NCBI GenBank assembly: GCA_022827275.1
Contig: JAJDTG010000008.1
Coordinates: 3,510 to 67,509 of the forward strand
DNA: 64,000 nucleotides
Direction: 5' to 3'
Source: Candidatus Dadabacteria bacterium
Lineage (GTDB): Bacteria; Desulfobacterota_D; UBA1144; Nemesobacterales; Nemesobacteraceae
Numbering within the stretch: position 1 is the first letter of the stretch; every line of letters begins with the position of its first letter. Below the pieces are notes generated by a model. That model was given only the letters and a program-made list of their open reading frames with translations. It made no database searches and had not been told where the DNA came from. Positions 54,823-64,000 of this stretch are shown here, piece by piece. The position numbers and the translations under genes were made by a program.

Positions 54823-56952
54823 GTGCCGAAAAATTCTCTTAAAGGACTTAACTCTTCCCAGATCAAGGCGGTAAGCCACGGAGAAGGTCCCTTGCTTGTG
54901 CTTGCGGGCCCAGGGTCGGGAAAAACCAGAGTTATAGCCCACCGGGTTGCCTACCTTCTAAACGACCTCTGCGTTCCTCCCGGAGACATTCTGGCCGTGA
55001 CCTTTACTAACAAGGCCGCGGCGGAAATGAAAAAAAGAGCGAGGGATCTGGCGGGCGAGCTGGCAAGCGGCATATGGATCGGTACCTTTCACTCGATCTG
55101 CCTTCGGATTCTCAAGATAGAGGCGGATTTTTTAGAGGGCTACTCGAAGGATTTCGTTGTCTACGACCGGGACGATCAGCTCAGCCTCTTAAAAAGCTGC
55201 CTTAAGGAACTTGACTACGGGGAGAGCCTTTTTTCAGCCAAGGGGGTGATTTCCGAATTTGACGCCGTTGAGAACCGAGGGGATGTGTCTTTCAAGGATG
55301 ACTTTTACGGCCGCAGGCTTAGTGATCTTTATGATTTATACAAAAAGGAACTTGTGAAGCGAAACGCAATGACGTTTAACGATCTTCTCCTTCTTGCAAA
55401 CAGGCTTCTTTCTGAAAACGAGGGGGTTCGTGATCGCTACCAGAACAGATTCTCTCAAGTGCTTGTGGACGAGTACCAGGACACAAACGTTTCCCAGTAC
55501 CGCTTTGCGAAGACCCTCTCGCAGCGCCACCTGAATCTTTTCGTCGTGGGCGATGACAGCCAGTCCATTTACGGGTGGAGGGGGGCCGACATAGATAATA
55601 TTCTGAACTTCGAGAGAGACTTTCCGGGAGCAAGGGTCGTTAAGCTTGAGCGCAACTACCGCTCGACACCTAACATACTCGGCATTGCGAACTCGGTTAT
55701 AAGGGAGAATGTGGGCAGGAGGGAGAAAACCCTCTGGACCGAAAATCCCGAGGGAGAAAAAGCCTTGGTATTCAAGGCCCTAGACAATGCCGACGAGGCG
55801 CGTTTTGTCGCGGAGCGGATTTCGGGTCTGGTCAAATCCGGAGACTTCAAGTGGAGCGATGTGGCGGTTCTCTACAGGGCCAACTTCCAGTCGAGGGTAA
55901 TCGAGGAGAGACTCAGGACCGCGAGAATCCCTTACAGGATAGTGTCGGGAGTCGGGTTCTACCAGAGGGCGGAGATAAAGGATGTGATTGCCTACCTGCG
56001 ATTGATTCAGAACCCGAAGGACGATGTCAGCTTCCTTAGAATAGTGAATGTCCCTCCGAGAAAGATAGGAGGGGTTACGCTTCGCAAGCTCCGCGAGGCA
56101 TCTCAAGCCGGTGGATTCGCTCTCTTTGAAGCGGCCGAGTACTGCCAGGAACATGATCTTCTGCCTGCGCAGGCTCTACGCGCACTATCCCATTTTATTG
56201 AAATCATAAAAGAGCTTGGCTCAGCAGCGGAGAGTCAGCCGGTGGCCCGCGTGATTAAGGCTCTTCTTGCGCGCACTGCCTATCTGGATTACCTGGGAGA
56301 TGATCACCAGAGAGCGGAGAACGTAAAGGAGCTTTTAAATGCGGCAGAAGGGTGGGGCGATATAACTCTTTCTGATTTTCTTGACCTCGTTTTGCTTGCG
56401 ACCGATGAGGACAGGGGGGACTCCGGAGAGGAAGAAGTCTCCCTGATGACGATTCACGCGGCCAAGGGGCTTGAGTTTCCGGCGGTGTTCGTAGTTGGGA
56501 TAAACGACGATCTTCTTCTGCACAAAAGATCCGCGGAGACTCTTGGGGGACTTGAGGAAGAGAGAAGACTTTTCTATGTCGCGGTTACCCGCGCCAAGCG
56601 GTTGCTCTACCTGAGTTACGCTTCCTTGGGAACTGCTCAGGGAGGGACGTACCATGCCCGAAGGTCTGTTTTTCTGAATGATCTTCCGCCCGAGCATGTA
56701 GTCTACGAATCCCGCAGGAAAGAACTCTCTGGCCGGGGTTCCCGTAGTTATTCCGATTCGCCTTCTGAAGAGAACGTGTATGAATTAGGAGGCGCTGGTC
56801 GGAACTTAAGACCCGGACAAAGGGTTACCCATCCGACTTTTGGTCTTGGGGTCGTTAAACGGATTGAGAGAAAAGGGGACAAGGCGGTGGCTACGATTGA
56901 TTTCTTCGGCTTCGGCGTGAAAAAAATCCTCGCAAGCTTTTTTGCCGGCTAG
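54823..56952 (+). CDS. pcrA: ATP-dependent DNA helicase PcrA/UvrD family
   Basis: Walker A LAGPGSGKT, motif II DEYQDT, and C-terminal helicase motifs. GTG start chosen downstream of the tRNA, because the ORF-track start at 54721 overlaps tRNA-Gln. Confidence 0.85.
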   Translation: MPKNSLKGLNSSQIKAVSHGEGPLLVLAGPGSGKTRVIAHRVAYLLNDLCVPPGDILAVTFTNKAAAEMKKRARDLAGELASGIWIGTFHSICLRILKIEADFLEGYSKDFVVYDRDDQLSLLKSCLKELDYGESLFSAKGVISEFDAVENRGDVSFKDDFYGRRLSDLYDLYKKELVKRNAMTFNDLLLLANRLLSENEGVRDRYQNRFSQVLVDEYQDTNVSQYRFAKTLSQRHLNLFVVGDDSQSIYGWRGADIDNILNFERDFPGARVVKLERNYRSTPNILGIANSVIRENVGRREKTLWTENPEGEKALVFKALDNADEARFVAERISGLVKSGDFKWSDVAVLYRANFQSRVIEERLRTARIPYRIVSGVGFYQRAEIKDVIAYLRLIQNPKDDVSFLRIVNVPPRKIGGVTLRKLREASQAGGFALFEAAEYCQEHDLLPAQALRALSHFIEIIKELGSAAESQPVARVIKALLARTAYLDYLGDDHQRAENVKELLNAAEGWGDITLSDFLDLVLLATDEDRGDSGEEEVSLMTIHAAKGLEFPAVFVVGINDDLLLHKRSAETLGGLEEERRLFYVAVTRAKRLLYLSYASLGTAQGGTYHARRSVFLNDLPPEHVVYESRRKELSGRGSRSYSDSPSEENVYELGGAGRNLRPGQRVTHPTFGLGVVKRIERKGDKAVATIDFFGFGVKKILASFFAG

Positions 56953-58424
56953 GAAAGGCAGCTCACGACGAGGTTCCTGGCCCACTCGGGAGAGGCGCCC
57001 GCATAGCTTTCATGCTCCGGCTGTTCCGAGAAGGGACTCTCGAATATCTTCCTTACTTTTTCTATCTCCGAGTAGTTCTCCCGCTCAAGGGCTTCCCTTA
57101 TCGCAGTCTCCATTATGTGGTTTCTCAGAACATACTTGGGGTTGACGGAGTCCATTAGCTTCTTTCTTTCGCGGTCAGGGAGCGAATTTTCCCGAAGCTC
57201 CCCGGCGTACTCCGAGATCCACTGACGCCACTCCTCCGAGTCTGCGCAGAGCTCCGCAAGCCAGGGATTTTCTTTAAAAGAGCCGTCGCGGCTTACGTCG
57301 GAGAGGCTTCTGAGAAAGATATGGTAGTCCGTCCCGGATTCGGCCAGCATCCCGAGTGTTTTTTCAACAAACCTAAGGGATTCCCTTTTTTCCTTCTCAA
57401 AGCCGAACTTGCGCAGCATGAGTTCTCTGTAAGTTTCGGAGAACGTCTTGTTGTAGGTCTCAATTGCGCGGGCGGCCTGGTCTTTGTCCACCAGGCCCTC
57501 CAGGCATCTTGCGAATTTTTCAAGGTTCCAGCGCGCGATCGCGGACTGGTTTCCGTAGCTGTACCTGCCGAAGTGATCCGAGTGGTTAGAGACGTAATCC
57601 CTGTCGAACGTCTCCAGAAATCCGTACGGTCCGTAATCAAGGGTGAGTCCCGTTACGGACATGTTGTCGGTGTTCATTACTCCGTGGGTAAATCCGAGGG
57701 CCTGCCACTTGGCGACGGTGATTGCCGTTTTTTCTGCCGTCGCGAGCAGGAAAAGCCCGTAGCCTTCCTTTGTTCCGCTCGGAATTTCGGGGCAGTGACG
57801 GGCGATTACGTAATCGGCAAGCGTCCGGATGCTATCTTCTTCGCCTCGGTAATAAAAACCTTCGAACGAACCGAAACGCACGTGGGTCTCCGCGACCCGG
57901 AGCATCATCGCGGCGGGTTCCCGGGTTTCCCTCTCGATTTTCTCCGTCCCTCCCACCACGCAGAGAGCCCTCGTGGACGGAATTCCCAGATGGTGTAGAG
58001 CCTCGCTTCCCAGGTATTCCCTTATGGAAGACTTGAGCGTGGCCCTTCCGTCAAAGCCCCTTGAGAATCTGGTCGCTCCGCATCCCTTGAGGTGAAGATC
58101 CCACCTCCGGCCTCGCTCGTCGATTATTTGCCCGAGCAGAAGCGCCCTTCCGTCTCCAAGGTGCGGGTTGTAGACCCCGAACTGCCACCCGGCGTAGTAC
58201 ATGGCCAGAGGGTCTGCGCCCGCAAGAGGCCTTTTCCCGCAGAGGTACTCGGCAAGAAGCGGGTTTTGTCTTTCTCCGGGGTCTATGCCGAGTTCCGCCG
58301 CCAGGGTCCCGTTAAACGCCACCATATGAGGGCTCTTGAACGGAACGGGATCTTTTTTCTGGTAGAACTCGTGTGGCAGTTCCGCGTAGGCGTTCTCAAA
58401 ACGAAGGTCCGTTATTTTTCTCAT
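56949..58424 (-). CDS. selO: protein adenylyltransferase SelO (YdiU family)
   Basis: 491 aa with SelO pseudokinase-fold signature regions (GDGRALLLGQ, HGVMNTDNMSV). Confidence 0.85.
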   Translation of the reverse strand: MRKITDLRFENAYAELPHEFYQKKDPVPFKSPHMVAFNGTLAAELGIDPGERQNPLLAEYLCGKRPLAGADPLAMYYAGWQFGVYNPHLGDGRALLLGQIIDERGRRWDLHLKGCGATRFSRGFDGRATLKSSIREYLGSEALHHLGIPSTRALCVVGGTEKIERETREPAAMMLRVAETHVRFGSFEGFYYRGEEDSIRTLADYVIARHCPEIPSGTKEGYGLFLLATAEKTAITVAKWQALGFTHGVMNTDNMSVTGLTLDYGPYGFLETFDRDYVSNHSDHFGRYSYGNQSAIARWNLEKFARCLEGLVDKDQAARAIETYNKTFSETYRELMLRKFGFEKEKRESLRFVEKTLGMLAESGTDYHIFLRSLSDVSRDGSFKENPWLAELCADSEEWRQWISEYAGELRENSLPDRERKKLMDSVNPKYVLRNHIMETAIREALERENYSEIEKVRKIFESPFSEQPEHESYAGASPEWARNLVVSCLS

Positions 58425-58507
58425 CTTGCGGTGCCCTCTGCGCTTCGCTGCGCATTATGCTGGCGGAGGACCGGGCAGCCCGAGAAACCCCCGCACCCGG
58501 GTCCGTG

Positions 58508-58537
58508 TTACACCTTGGCCCTGTTAGGAAGTATAAT
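58508..58537 (+). promoter_or_regulatory. candidate sigma70 promoter TTACAC-N18-TATAAT
   Basis: Located 16 nt upstream of the ATG at 58554. Confidence 0.4.
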
Positions 58538-58553
58538 ATTCCTCTGAGAAATC

Positions 58554-58838
58554 ATGAAATACAGAAAAAACAAGATAAAAACCGAACATTCGATAATAAA
58601 GGGACTGAGGCGTTTTCTTGAAGACAATATCTCGGACCTTGACCACGTGACGGGAATTATTCCCGGGGAGATAAAGGTCGGCCGCGCCACGGGGGAGAAC
58701 TTAGCGGTGAGCTACAAGTACAGCACCCTGAGCGGGGCCAAGCTCATAGCGAGAAGCGGAACTTCGGTGCAGGAGGTGTTTGTCATCACGAAGAACCCCG
58801 AGGAGTTAAAAGCGCTTATAGAGCTTCTAGGCAAATGA
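58554..58838 (+). CDS. hypothetical protein
   Basis: 94-aa ORF preceded by a promoter-like element. Its 3' end overlaps the dnaE 3' end (convergent). Confidence 0.35.
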   Translation: MKYRKNKIKTEHSIIKGLRRFLEDNISDLDHVTGIIPGEIKVGRATGENLAVSYKYSTLSGAKLIARSGTSVQEVFVITKNPEELKALIELLGK

Positions 58839-61800
58839 GCTTTCCCTTAGGGTGACGGCACCTTCCCCGAGCAGCCCCTCGACGTTTTCTATCAGCTTGT
58901 CCCCGAAGTCGACCTTGCAGTTTCCGACCCTCAGGACTGCCTCTGAGCGGTCGGTCTTCATGTCGATTATAACGGTCGAGTCTCCCGGGAACTTCTCGAG
59001 GATTTCCCTCAGGCTGAGTATGTTCTGCTCGTTTGCCGATTTGCTGGCGATGCTTATGCAGACAGCGGAATTCGTCCTGGTTTCCCTGAGTGAGGAGATG
59101 TCGCTTGCGAGAAGGCGTATCTTGTCGTCCGAGACCTCGACCTTGCCCTTTACTATTACGGGCTCGACCTTCTGTTCCAGAAGGGAACTGGACGTGCGCA
59201 GGGTGTCGTTGAACACTATCGCTTCTACAAAACCGTTCAGATCCTCCAAGGTGAAGTAGCCGATGAGACCGGTCCCCCTGCGGGTGTTTTTGGTTTCGAA
59301 CGATCTCACCACCCCGGCGATTCTCACCTCGGAGCCGTCTCTTGCCCGCTTTATGGATTCGGTGTCGTGAAGGCGGCTGTGTTTTTCGAGCTCGGAAGAA
59401 TACTTCCGAAGCGGGTGAGACGATATGAAGAACCCGAGCACGTCAAGCTCGTTCTCAAGCCTGATGCGGTCATCCCACCGCTCGATTTCGGCAAGCGTCG
59501 GGGCGGCCACGGAATCCGGAAGGTCAAACAGCATTCCCTGTCCGTTTGCCGGCGTGTGCTGTTTCATGGAGTTGTACCCGAGCAGGGACTCGCAGGAAGC
59601 GAACAGTCGCGCCCTGTTTGGCTCGAGGGAATCGAAGGCGCCTCCCTTTATCAGGCTTTCAATCGCCTTTTTGTTCAGTTTTCTTGAATCCACCCTGGCG
59701 CAGAAGTCGAAGACAGATTCGAATGCCCCGTCTTTTTCCCTGCTTCTGACTATTTCCTCGGTCAGACCGTCCCCGACGTACTTGATTGCGGTGAATCCGA
59801 ACAGTACCTTTCCTTCCGATACCGTGAACCCGGAGGAGCTTCGGTTTATGTCGGGCTGCAGAACGTCGATTCCGAGTCTCCTGCACTCGGTTATGCCGGA
59901 GATCACCTTGTCCACGTTGTGGGCTTCCACGGACAGGAAGGCTGCCATGAATTCAGCCGGGTAGTGCGCCTTGAGGTAGGCTGTCTGGTAGGTGATCATG
60001 GCGTAGGCGGCGCTGTGGCTCTTGTTAAAGGAGTATTCGGCGAACTTCTCCAAGGTATCGAAAAGCTCGGCGGCCTTCTTGTTGTCGAGGCCCTTTTTCT
60101 TCGCTCCCGTAAGGAACCTTTTGCGCTGCGCCCTCATTTCGCTTGATTTCTTCTTGCCCATGGCCCTTCGAAGAAGGTCCGCCTCCCCCATGGTGAAGCC
60201 CGCAAGCTCGCTTGCGGTCTGCATTATCTGCTCCTGGTAGACGAAGAGGCCGTAGGTTTCTCCCAGGATCTCTCGAAGGGCAGGGTGCGGGAAGTCGACC
60301 GCTTCCCCGTTCTTTCTCTTGATGAATTCCTCCGCCATGCCGCTGTCAAGAGGGCCGGGACGGTAAAGCGCCAAGGCGGCCGTTATGTCCTCGAATTCCG
60401 CGGGCCGCAGTCTCGCCAGGAGATCCTTCATTCCCTGGGATTCAACCTGGAATATTCCCATGGTCGCGCCTTCGCGAAGCAGGGCGTAGACCTTGGGATC
60501 GTCAAGGGGGACCCTGTCAAGGTCGAATCCCTTTTCATTTTCTGCCTGGTTTTCCCTTACGTACTTAACCGCCTTGTCCAGTATGGTAAGGGTTTTCAGG
60601 CCGAGGAAGTCGAATTTCACGAAACCGAGCTTCTCTATGGAGTTCATGTCGAACTGGGTCACGGTCTCGTTTTTGCTTCCCCTGTAAAGCGGGATGTAGT
60701 CGGCAAGCGGCTCGTTCGATATCACCACCCCCGCCGCGTGGGTGGAGGAATGGCGCACCATGTTCTCAAGCGACCTAGCAAGCTCCACCGCTTCGGCAAG
60801 CTCCTTGTTCTCGGAAAGCCGCTCCCTTATCTCCTTCACCTTCCCTACGGCCTCCTCTATGCTGAACACCTTTCCCCGGAAAGAGGGGACCATTTTCGAG
60901 AGCCGGTCGACTTCCGCATAGGGAAGCCCGAGCACCCTTCCCACGTCCTTTATCACGGCTTTCGAGGACATGGTTCCGAATGTGCCGATCTGGGCCACTT
61001 TGTCCGCCCCGTATTTCTCCGTGACGTATCTTATCACCTCGTCGCGGTGCTGCCCGCAGAAATCGACGTCTATGTCGGGCATGCTCACTCTCTCGGGATT
61101 TAAAAATCTCTCGAAAATGAGGTCGTGTTTTATGGGGTCGATGGCTGTTATGCCGAGGGCGTAGGCGACCAGGCTGCCTGCGGCGCTTCCCCGCCCCGGC
61201 CCCACCGGGATATCGTTTTTTTTGGCGTGGAGTATGAAGTCTGAGACCACGAGGAAGTACGCGGAAAATCCCATCTTGCAGATGGTATCGAGTTCCGAGC
61301 GAAGCCGCTCGCGGTAGGTATCGCGGGCCTCTTCGGGTATTTCGTTCTCCCGGAGCATTTTCTCGAGATTCTTGCTCGAGATCTCGCGCATGAATTCGTC
61401 AAGAGATTTCCCCTCGGGAGGAACGTATTCGGGAAACCTGTACCCGTCGCTTTTGAATTCGAAGTCGCAGCGCTCAGAGATTTTCACCGCCTCCTCGAGC
61501 GCGTTCTCGAAACCTTCCATGTCCCTGGCCATCTCCTCCCTTGTCTTCACGAAGAAGTCGTCGCTTTGGAATCTCATTCTCTTTTGGTCGGCCACCATGC
61601 TTCCGGTCTGGATGCACAGAAGCGCGTCGTGCGACTTGTAATCCTCCCTGGTAAGAAAATGGCAGTCGTTGGTCGCCGCGAGCTTTATGCCGAGTTTTTC
61701 GCCGATTCTTTTGAGCCCCCTGTTTATCCTGCGCTGCTCCTCAAGGGCGATTGCCTGCACTTCAAGGTAGTAGCGGTCCCCGAATATCTCCTTGTATATC

Positions 61801-62276
61801 GAAGCGATTCTTGCCTGCTCTTTCTGGTCCTTTTTGAAAATGGCCTGGGAAAGTTCGCTGCTCATGCACCCGGAGAGGACTATGAGCCCCTCGTTGTGCT
61901 GAGACAGCATCTCGTGGTCAACGCGCGGGCGGCGGTAAAATCCCTCGAAGTAGCCTTTTGTGACGAGCCTCGAGAGGTTCCTGTATCCCTGCTCGTTCAT
62001 GCAGAGCACGGTCAGGTGGTAGTTCTTTCCGTCGGAAGGCTTCTCGAGCTTAAGCGTCGGGGTCACGTAGAGCTCACACCCTATTATGGGTTTTACGCCG
62101 CGGGCCTTCGCCTTTTCGAAAAACTCATACGCGCCGAAGAGGTTTCCGTGGTCGGTTACGGCAACGGCGGGCATGGAGTGGTTCTCGGCTCTTTCGATCA
62201 GTTCGTCGAACTTTATCGAACCGTCAAGAAGCGAGTACTGCGAGTGCAGGTGTAGGTGAACGAAGGAATCTGCCAT
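58827..62276 (-). CDS. dnaE: DNA polymerase III subunit alpha
   Basis: 1149 aa. N-terminal PHP domain HLHLHSQYSLLDG, polymerase core, and an OB-fold C-terminal region. Confidence 0.95.
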   Translation of the reverse strand: MADSFVHLHLHSQYSLLDGSIKFDELIERAENHSMPAVAVTDHGNLFGAYEFFEKAKARGVKPIIGCELYVTPTLKLEKPSDGKNYHLTVLCMNEQGYRNLSRLVTKGYFEGFYRRPRVDHEMLSQHNEGLIVLSGCMSSELSQAIFKKDQKEQARIASIYKEIFGDRYYLEVQAIALEEQRRINRGLKRIGEKLGIKLAATNDCHFLTREDYKSHDALLCIQTGSMVADQKRMRFQSDDFFVKTREEMARDMEGFENALEEAVKISERCDFEFKSDGYRFPEYVPPEGKSLDEFMREISSKNLEKMLRENEIPEEARDTYRERLRSELDTICKMGFSAYFLVVSDFILHAKKNDIPVGPGRGSAAGSLVAYALGITAIDPIKHDLIFERFLNPERVSMPDIDVDFCGQHRDEVIRYVTEKYGADKVAQIGTFGTMSSKAVIKDVGRVLGLPYAEVDRLSKMVPSFRGKVFSIEEAVGKVKEIRERLSENKELAEAVELARSLENMVRHSSTHAAGVVISNEPLADYIPLYRGSKNETVTQFDMNSIEKLGFVKFDFLGLKTLTILDKAVKYVRENQAENEKGFDLDRVPLDDPKVYALLREGATMGIFQVESQGMKDLLARLRPAEFEDITAALALYRPGPLDSGMAEEFIKRKNGEAVDFPHPALREILGETYGLFVYQEQIMQTASELAGFTMGEADLLRRAMGKKKSSEMRAQRKRFLTGAKKKGLDNKKAAELFDTLEKFAEYSFNKSHSAAYAMITYQTAYLKAHYPAEFMAAFLSVEAHNVDKVISGITECRRLGIDVLQPDINRSSSGFTVSEGKVLFGFTAIKYVGDGLTEEIVRSREKDGAFESVFDFCARVDSRKLNKKAIESLIKGGAFDSLEPNRARLFASCESLLGYNSMKQHTPANGQGMLFDLPDSVAAPTLAEIERWDDRIRLENELDVLGFFISSHPLRKYSSELEKHSRLHDTESIKRARDGSEVRIAGVVRSFETKNTRRGTGLIGYFTLEDLNGFVEAIVFNDTLRTSSSLLEQKVEPVIVKGKVEVSDDKIRLLASDISSLRETRTNSAVCISIASKSANEQNILSLREILEKFPGDSTVIIDMKTDRSEAVLRVGNCKVDFGDKLIENVEGLLGEGAVTLRESSFA

Positions 62277-62394
62277 TGCGGGTTATGACATTAAATTATA
62301 CATTTTCCCTCGGTTTCATCCAGTGGCGGAAAGAAATGACAACCAAGGCTTAATCAAGTAAACTAAACAATCTGGTTCCCGGCAAAACGGGTGG

Positions 62395-63945
62395 TTGAAC
62401 CTTTACGTCATGTACGAGGAAACGGAATTCAAGCTGTCCCTTTCGCCCGCCGTGGCGAATCGGATTCTGCGTTACAAAGGGCTTAGGTCACTTCGCAAGA
62501 GCCGCCGCACAAAGCGCCATCTCGTAAGCACCTATTTCGATACTCCACGACACGCTCTCAGAAAATCCGAAATAGCGCTTCGGGTGCGCGACAACGGCAA
62601 CGGCAAGCAGCAGACCATAAAGGCGCCGTTTCGAGGTCCCGCGGGTCTTCAGAATTTCCGGGAATGGACCGTGACGGTAAACGGCGACTGTCCGAACCTA
62701 CGCGCCGTGGACGACCCCGCACTCGTTCGCAGGCTCACCCGCCGACGTTATGAAAAGCGTCTCGGCCCCGTGTTCACCACGGACTTCGAGCGTGAGGCGA
62801 TTCGTATCAGGACCAAGGGCGCCGAATTCGAACTGGCTGTGGATCAGGGGGTGATTCATGCCGAAACACCCCGGGGACGCGTTTCTGAGCCTATCTGCGA
62901 AGCGGAATTCGAACTGCTCTCGGGGGACCCGGCGCGGATGTTCGACGTGGCCCTTGAACTCTGCGAGGCTTACGACATACGCCTCGGTCACCTTACAAAA
63001 GCCCAGAGGGGCTACGCGCTCGCGAGGCCGGCCCTTAGGCCTAGACCGCTTAAGGCCCCGAAGATCGTGCTCACAGAGGATATGAGCGTGGGAGAGGCGT
63101 TTAATTTCATTATAGCGGGGGCGCTTGAGCACATGTTCGCAAACGAGATCCCGACTCTTGAGGGAAAGGCTGAAGGGGTGCACCAGACTAGGGTAGCCAT
63201 GAGACGCGTACGCGCCGCGCTTCGGGCCTTCAAGAGAATACTTCCATATGACAAGCGAAAGGCCTTTAACGGGGAGTTCCGCTGGTTCCAGCAGCGTCTG
63301 GCCCCGGCACGCGACTGGCAGGTGTTTTTAAGCGAGACCCTTCCCAAAATAGCATCTGCGGCTCCTGGGCAGGATAAAGCGATAGAGCGCCTTAGGCGCA
63401 TCGCGCGTGCCGAGCGGCGCCGCGCCGTCGGGGACGCGGCCGCCTATCTTGAGAGTCGCCGCTACGCCCGTCTTCTGCTCCAGTTCGAGCGATGGATTGC
63501 GTCTGTGGAGAGGGAGGTCGGCTCAAAAACTTTCAGCCAGCCCGTGAAACCGTTTGCAAAAAGTGTGCTCAGGAAAACATGGCGCTATTTTCTCGAAGAT
63601 ACGAGGCCCCTTTCGCGTCTTCCTGACGAGGACCTTCACGAAATAAGAAAGCGGGGGAAAAAGGCCCGCTACGCAACGCAGTTCTTCAGCTCGCTCTGGA
63701 GCGGTCCCGAGGTTCCGCCCTTCATGAAACTCATGGGACGCTTCCAGGACAGCCTCGGAAAGACAAACGACGCGATAGTCGCGCGGCACATCCTCGCGGC
63801 GGTCAAGCCCGAGAGGCTCGACCCTTCGGTGGTCCGCCTTGCGCAGGAGTGGTCGCAGGCCCGGGTTAGAAAGTGCCTTCGCACGGCGCAGCCGCAGTGG
63901 AGACGCCTCGTGCGGACTGCCCCGTTTTGGGAGACAGAGCGGTGA
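62395..63945 (+). CDS. CYTH domain (triphosphate tunnel metalloenzyme) plus CHAD domain protein
   Basis: N-terminal EFKLSL...E.E.E-type CYTH motif (TEFKLSL, EAEFELLSGD). C-terminal helical CHAD-like region with conserved Arg/His residues. The start may be the Met at 62410. Confidence 0.7.
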   Translation: MNLYVMYEETEFKLSLSPAVANRILRYKGLRSLRKSRRTKRHLVSTYFDTPRHALRKSEIALRVRDNGNGKQQTIKAPFRGPAGLQNFREWTVTVNGDCPNLRAVDDPALVRRLTRRRYEKRLGPVFTTDFEREAIRIRTKGAEFELAVDQGVIHAETPRGRVSEPICEAEFELLSGDPARMFDVALELCEAYDIRLGHLTKAQRGYALARPALRPRPLKAPKIVLTEDMSVGEAFNFIIAGALEHMFANEIPTLEGKAEGVHQTRVAMRRVRAALRAFKRILPYDKRKAFNGEFRWFQQRLAPARDWQVFLSETLPKIASAAPGQDKAIERLRRIARAERRRAVGDAAAYLESRRYARLLLQFERWIASVEREVGSKTFSQPVKPFAKSVLRKTWRYFLEDTRPLSRLPDEDLHEIRKRGKKARYATQFFSSLWSGPEVPPFMKLMGRFQDSLGKTNDAIVARHILAAVKPERLDPSVVRLAQEWSQARVRKCLRTAQPQWRRLVRTAPFWETER

Positions 63946-64000
63946 GTCCGGCTTTTCACACGCCGGGTAATTATGTAAACTCAAAAGTTGTGGGTGTTAG

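Overview
This is a roughly 64 kb bacterial chromosomal segment (my eyeball estimate is 55% GC), densely packed with genes on both strands. Most are core metabolism and housekeeping genes: a glycolate-oxidase-like glcE/glcF pair, an HU DNA-binding protein, two diverged NifS-type cysteine desulfurases, argC, a gap-pgk-class I aldolase block with fbp, the F420 gene cofE plus a luciferase-like oxidoreductase, cvpA, ispB, rimI, the methylmalonyl-CoA mutase cluster meaB-mutB-mutA, queC-queE, a sirtuin, a tandem ThyX-like protein, xseA, cca, a partial atp operon (atpI-atpB-atpE), hemL, cpoB-pal, fxsA, ispE, tRNA-Gln, pcrA/uvrD, selO, dnaE and a CYTH-CHAD protein. Accessory and mobile content: a solo tnpB-only IS200/IS605-type element (an RNA-guided OMEGA nuclease), an AbiEi/AbiEii abortive-infection toxin-antitoxin pair with a tandemly duplicated 67-bp operator-like repeat, and a hipBA toxin-antitoxin operon. 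The most unusual signal is a set of four long homopolymeric tracts (C12, C9, G12, G9). Each sits in the promoter, the 5' leader or the coding sequence of a gene for an exported or envelope protein: an RND efflux permease, a Calx-beta-like repeat protein with an 11-copy 15-bp coding repeat, a bacterial SRCR-domain protein and a Cache-like protein. This is the architecture of slipped-strand phase-variable (contingency) loci. Two of the exported proteins also share a C-terminal DGGC[SA]LSG, transmembrane helix, basic tail sorting-signal-like tail. Other oddities: 17-bp identical direct repeats exactly bracketing the RND permease gene, an MFP adaptor orphaned from its permease, an apparently truncated AMP-binding gene, a conserved-looking AtpZ-like small ORF with no canonical start codon, and a roughly 850-bp AT-rich noncoding gap. 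All calls rest on reading the supplied translations and sequence. No database searches were run.
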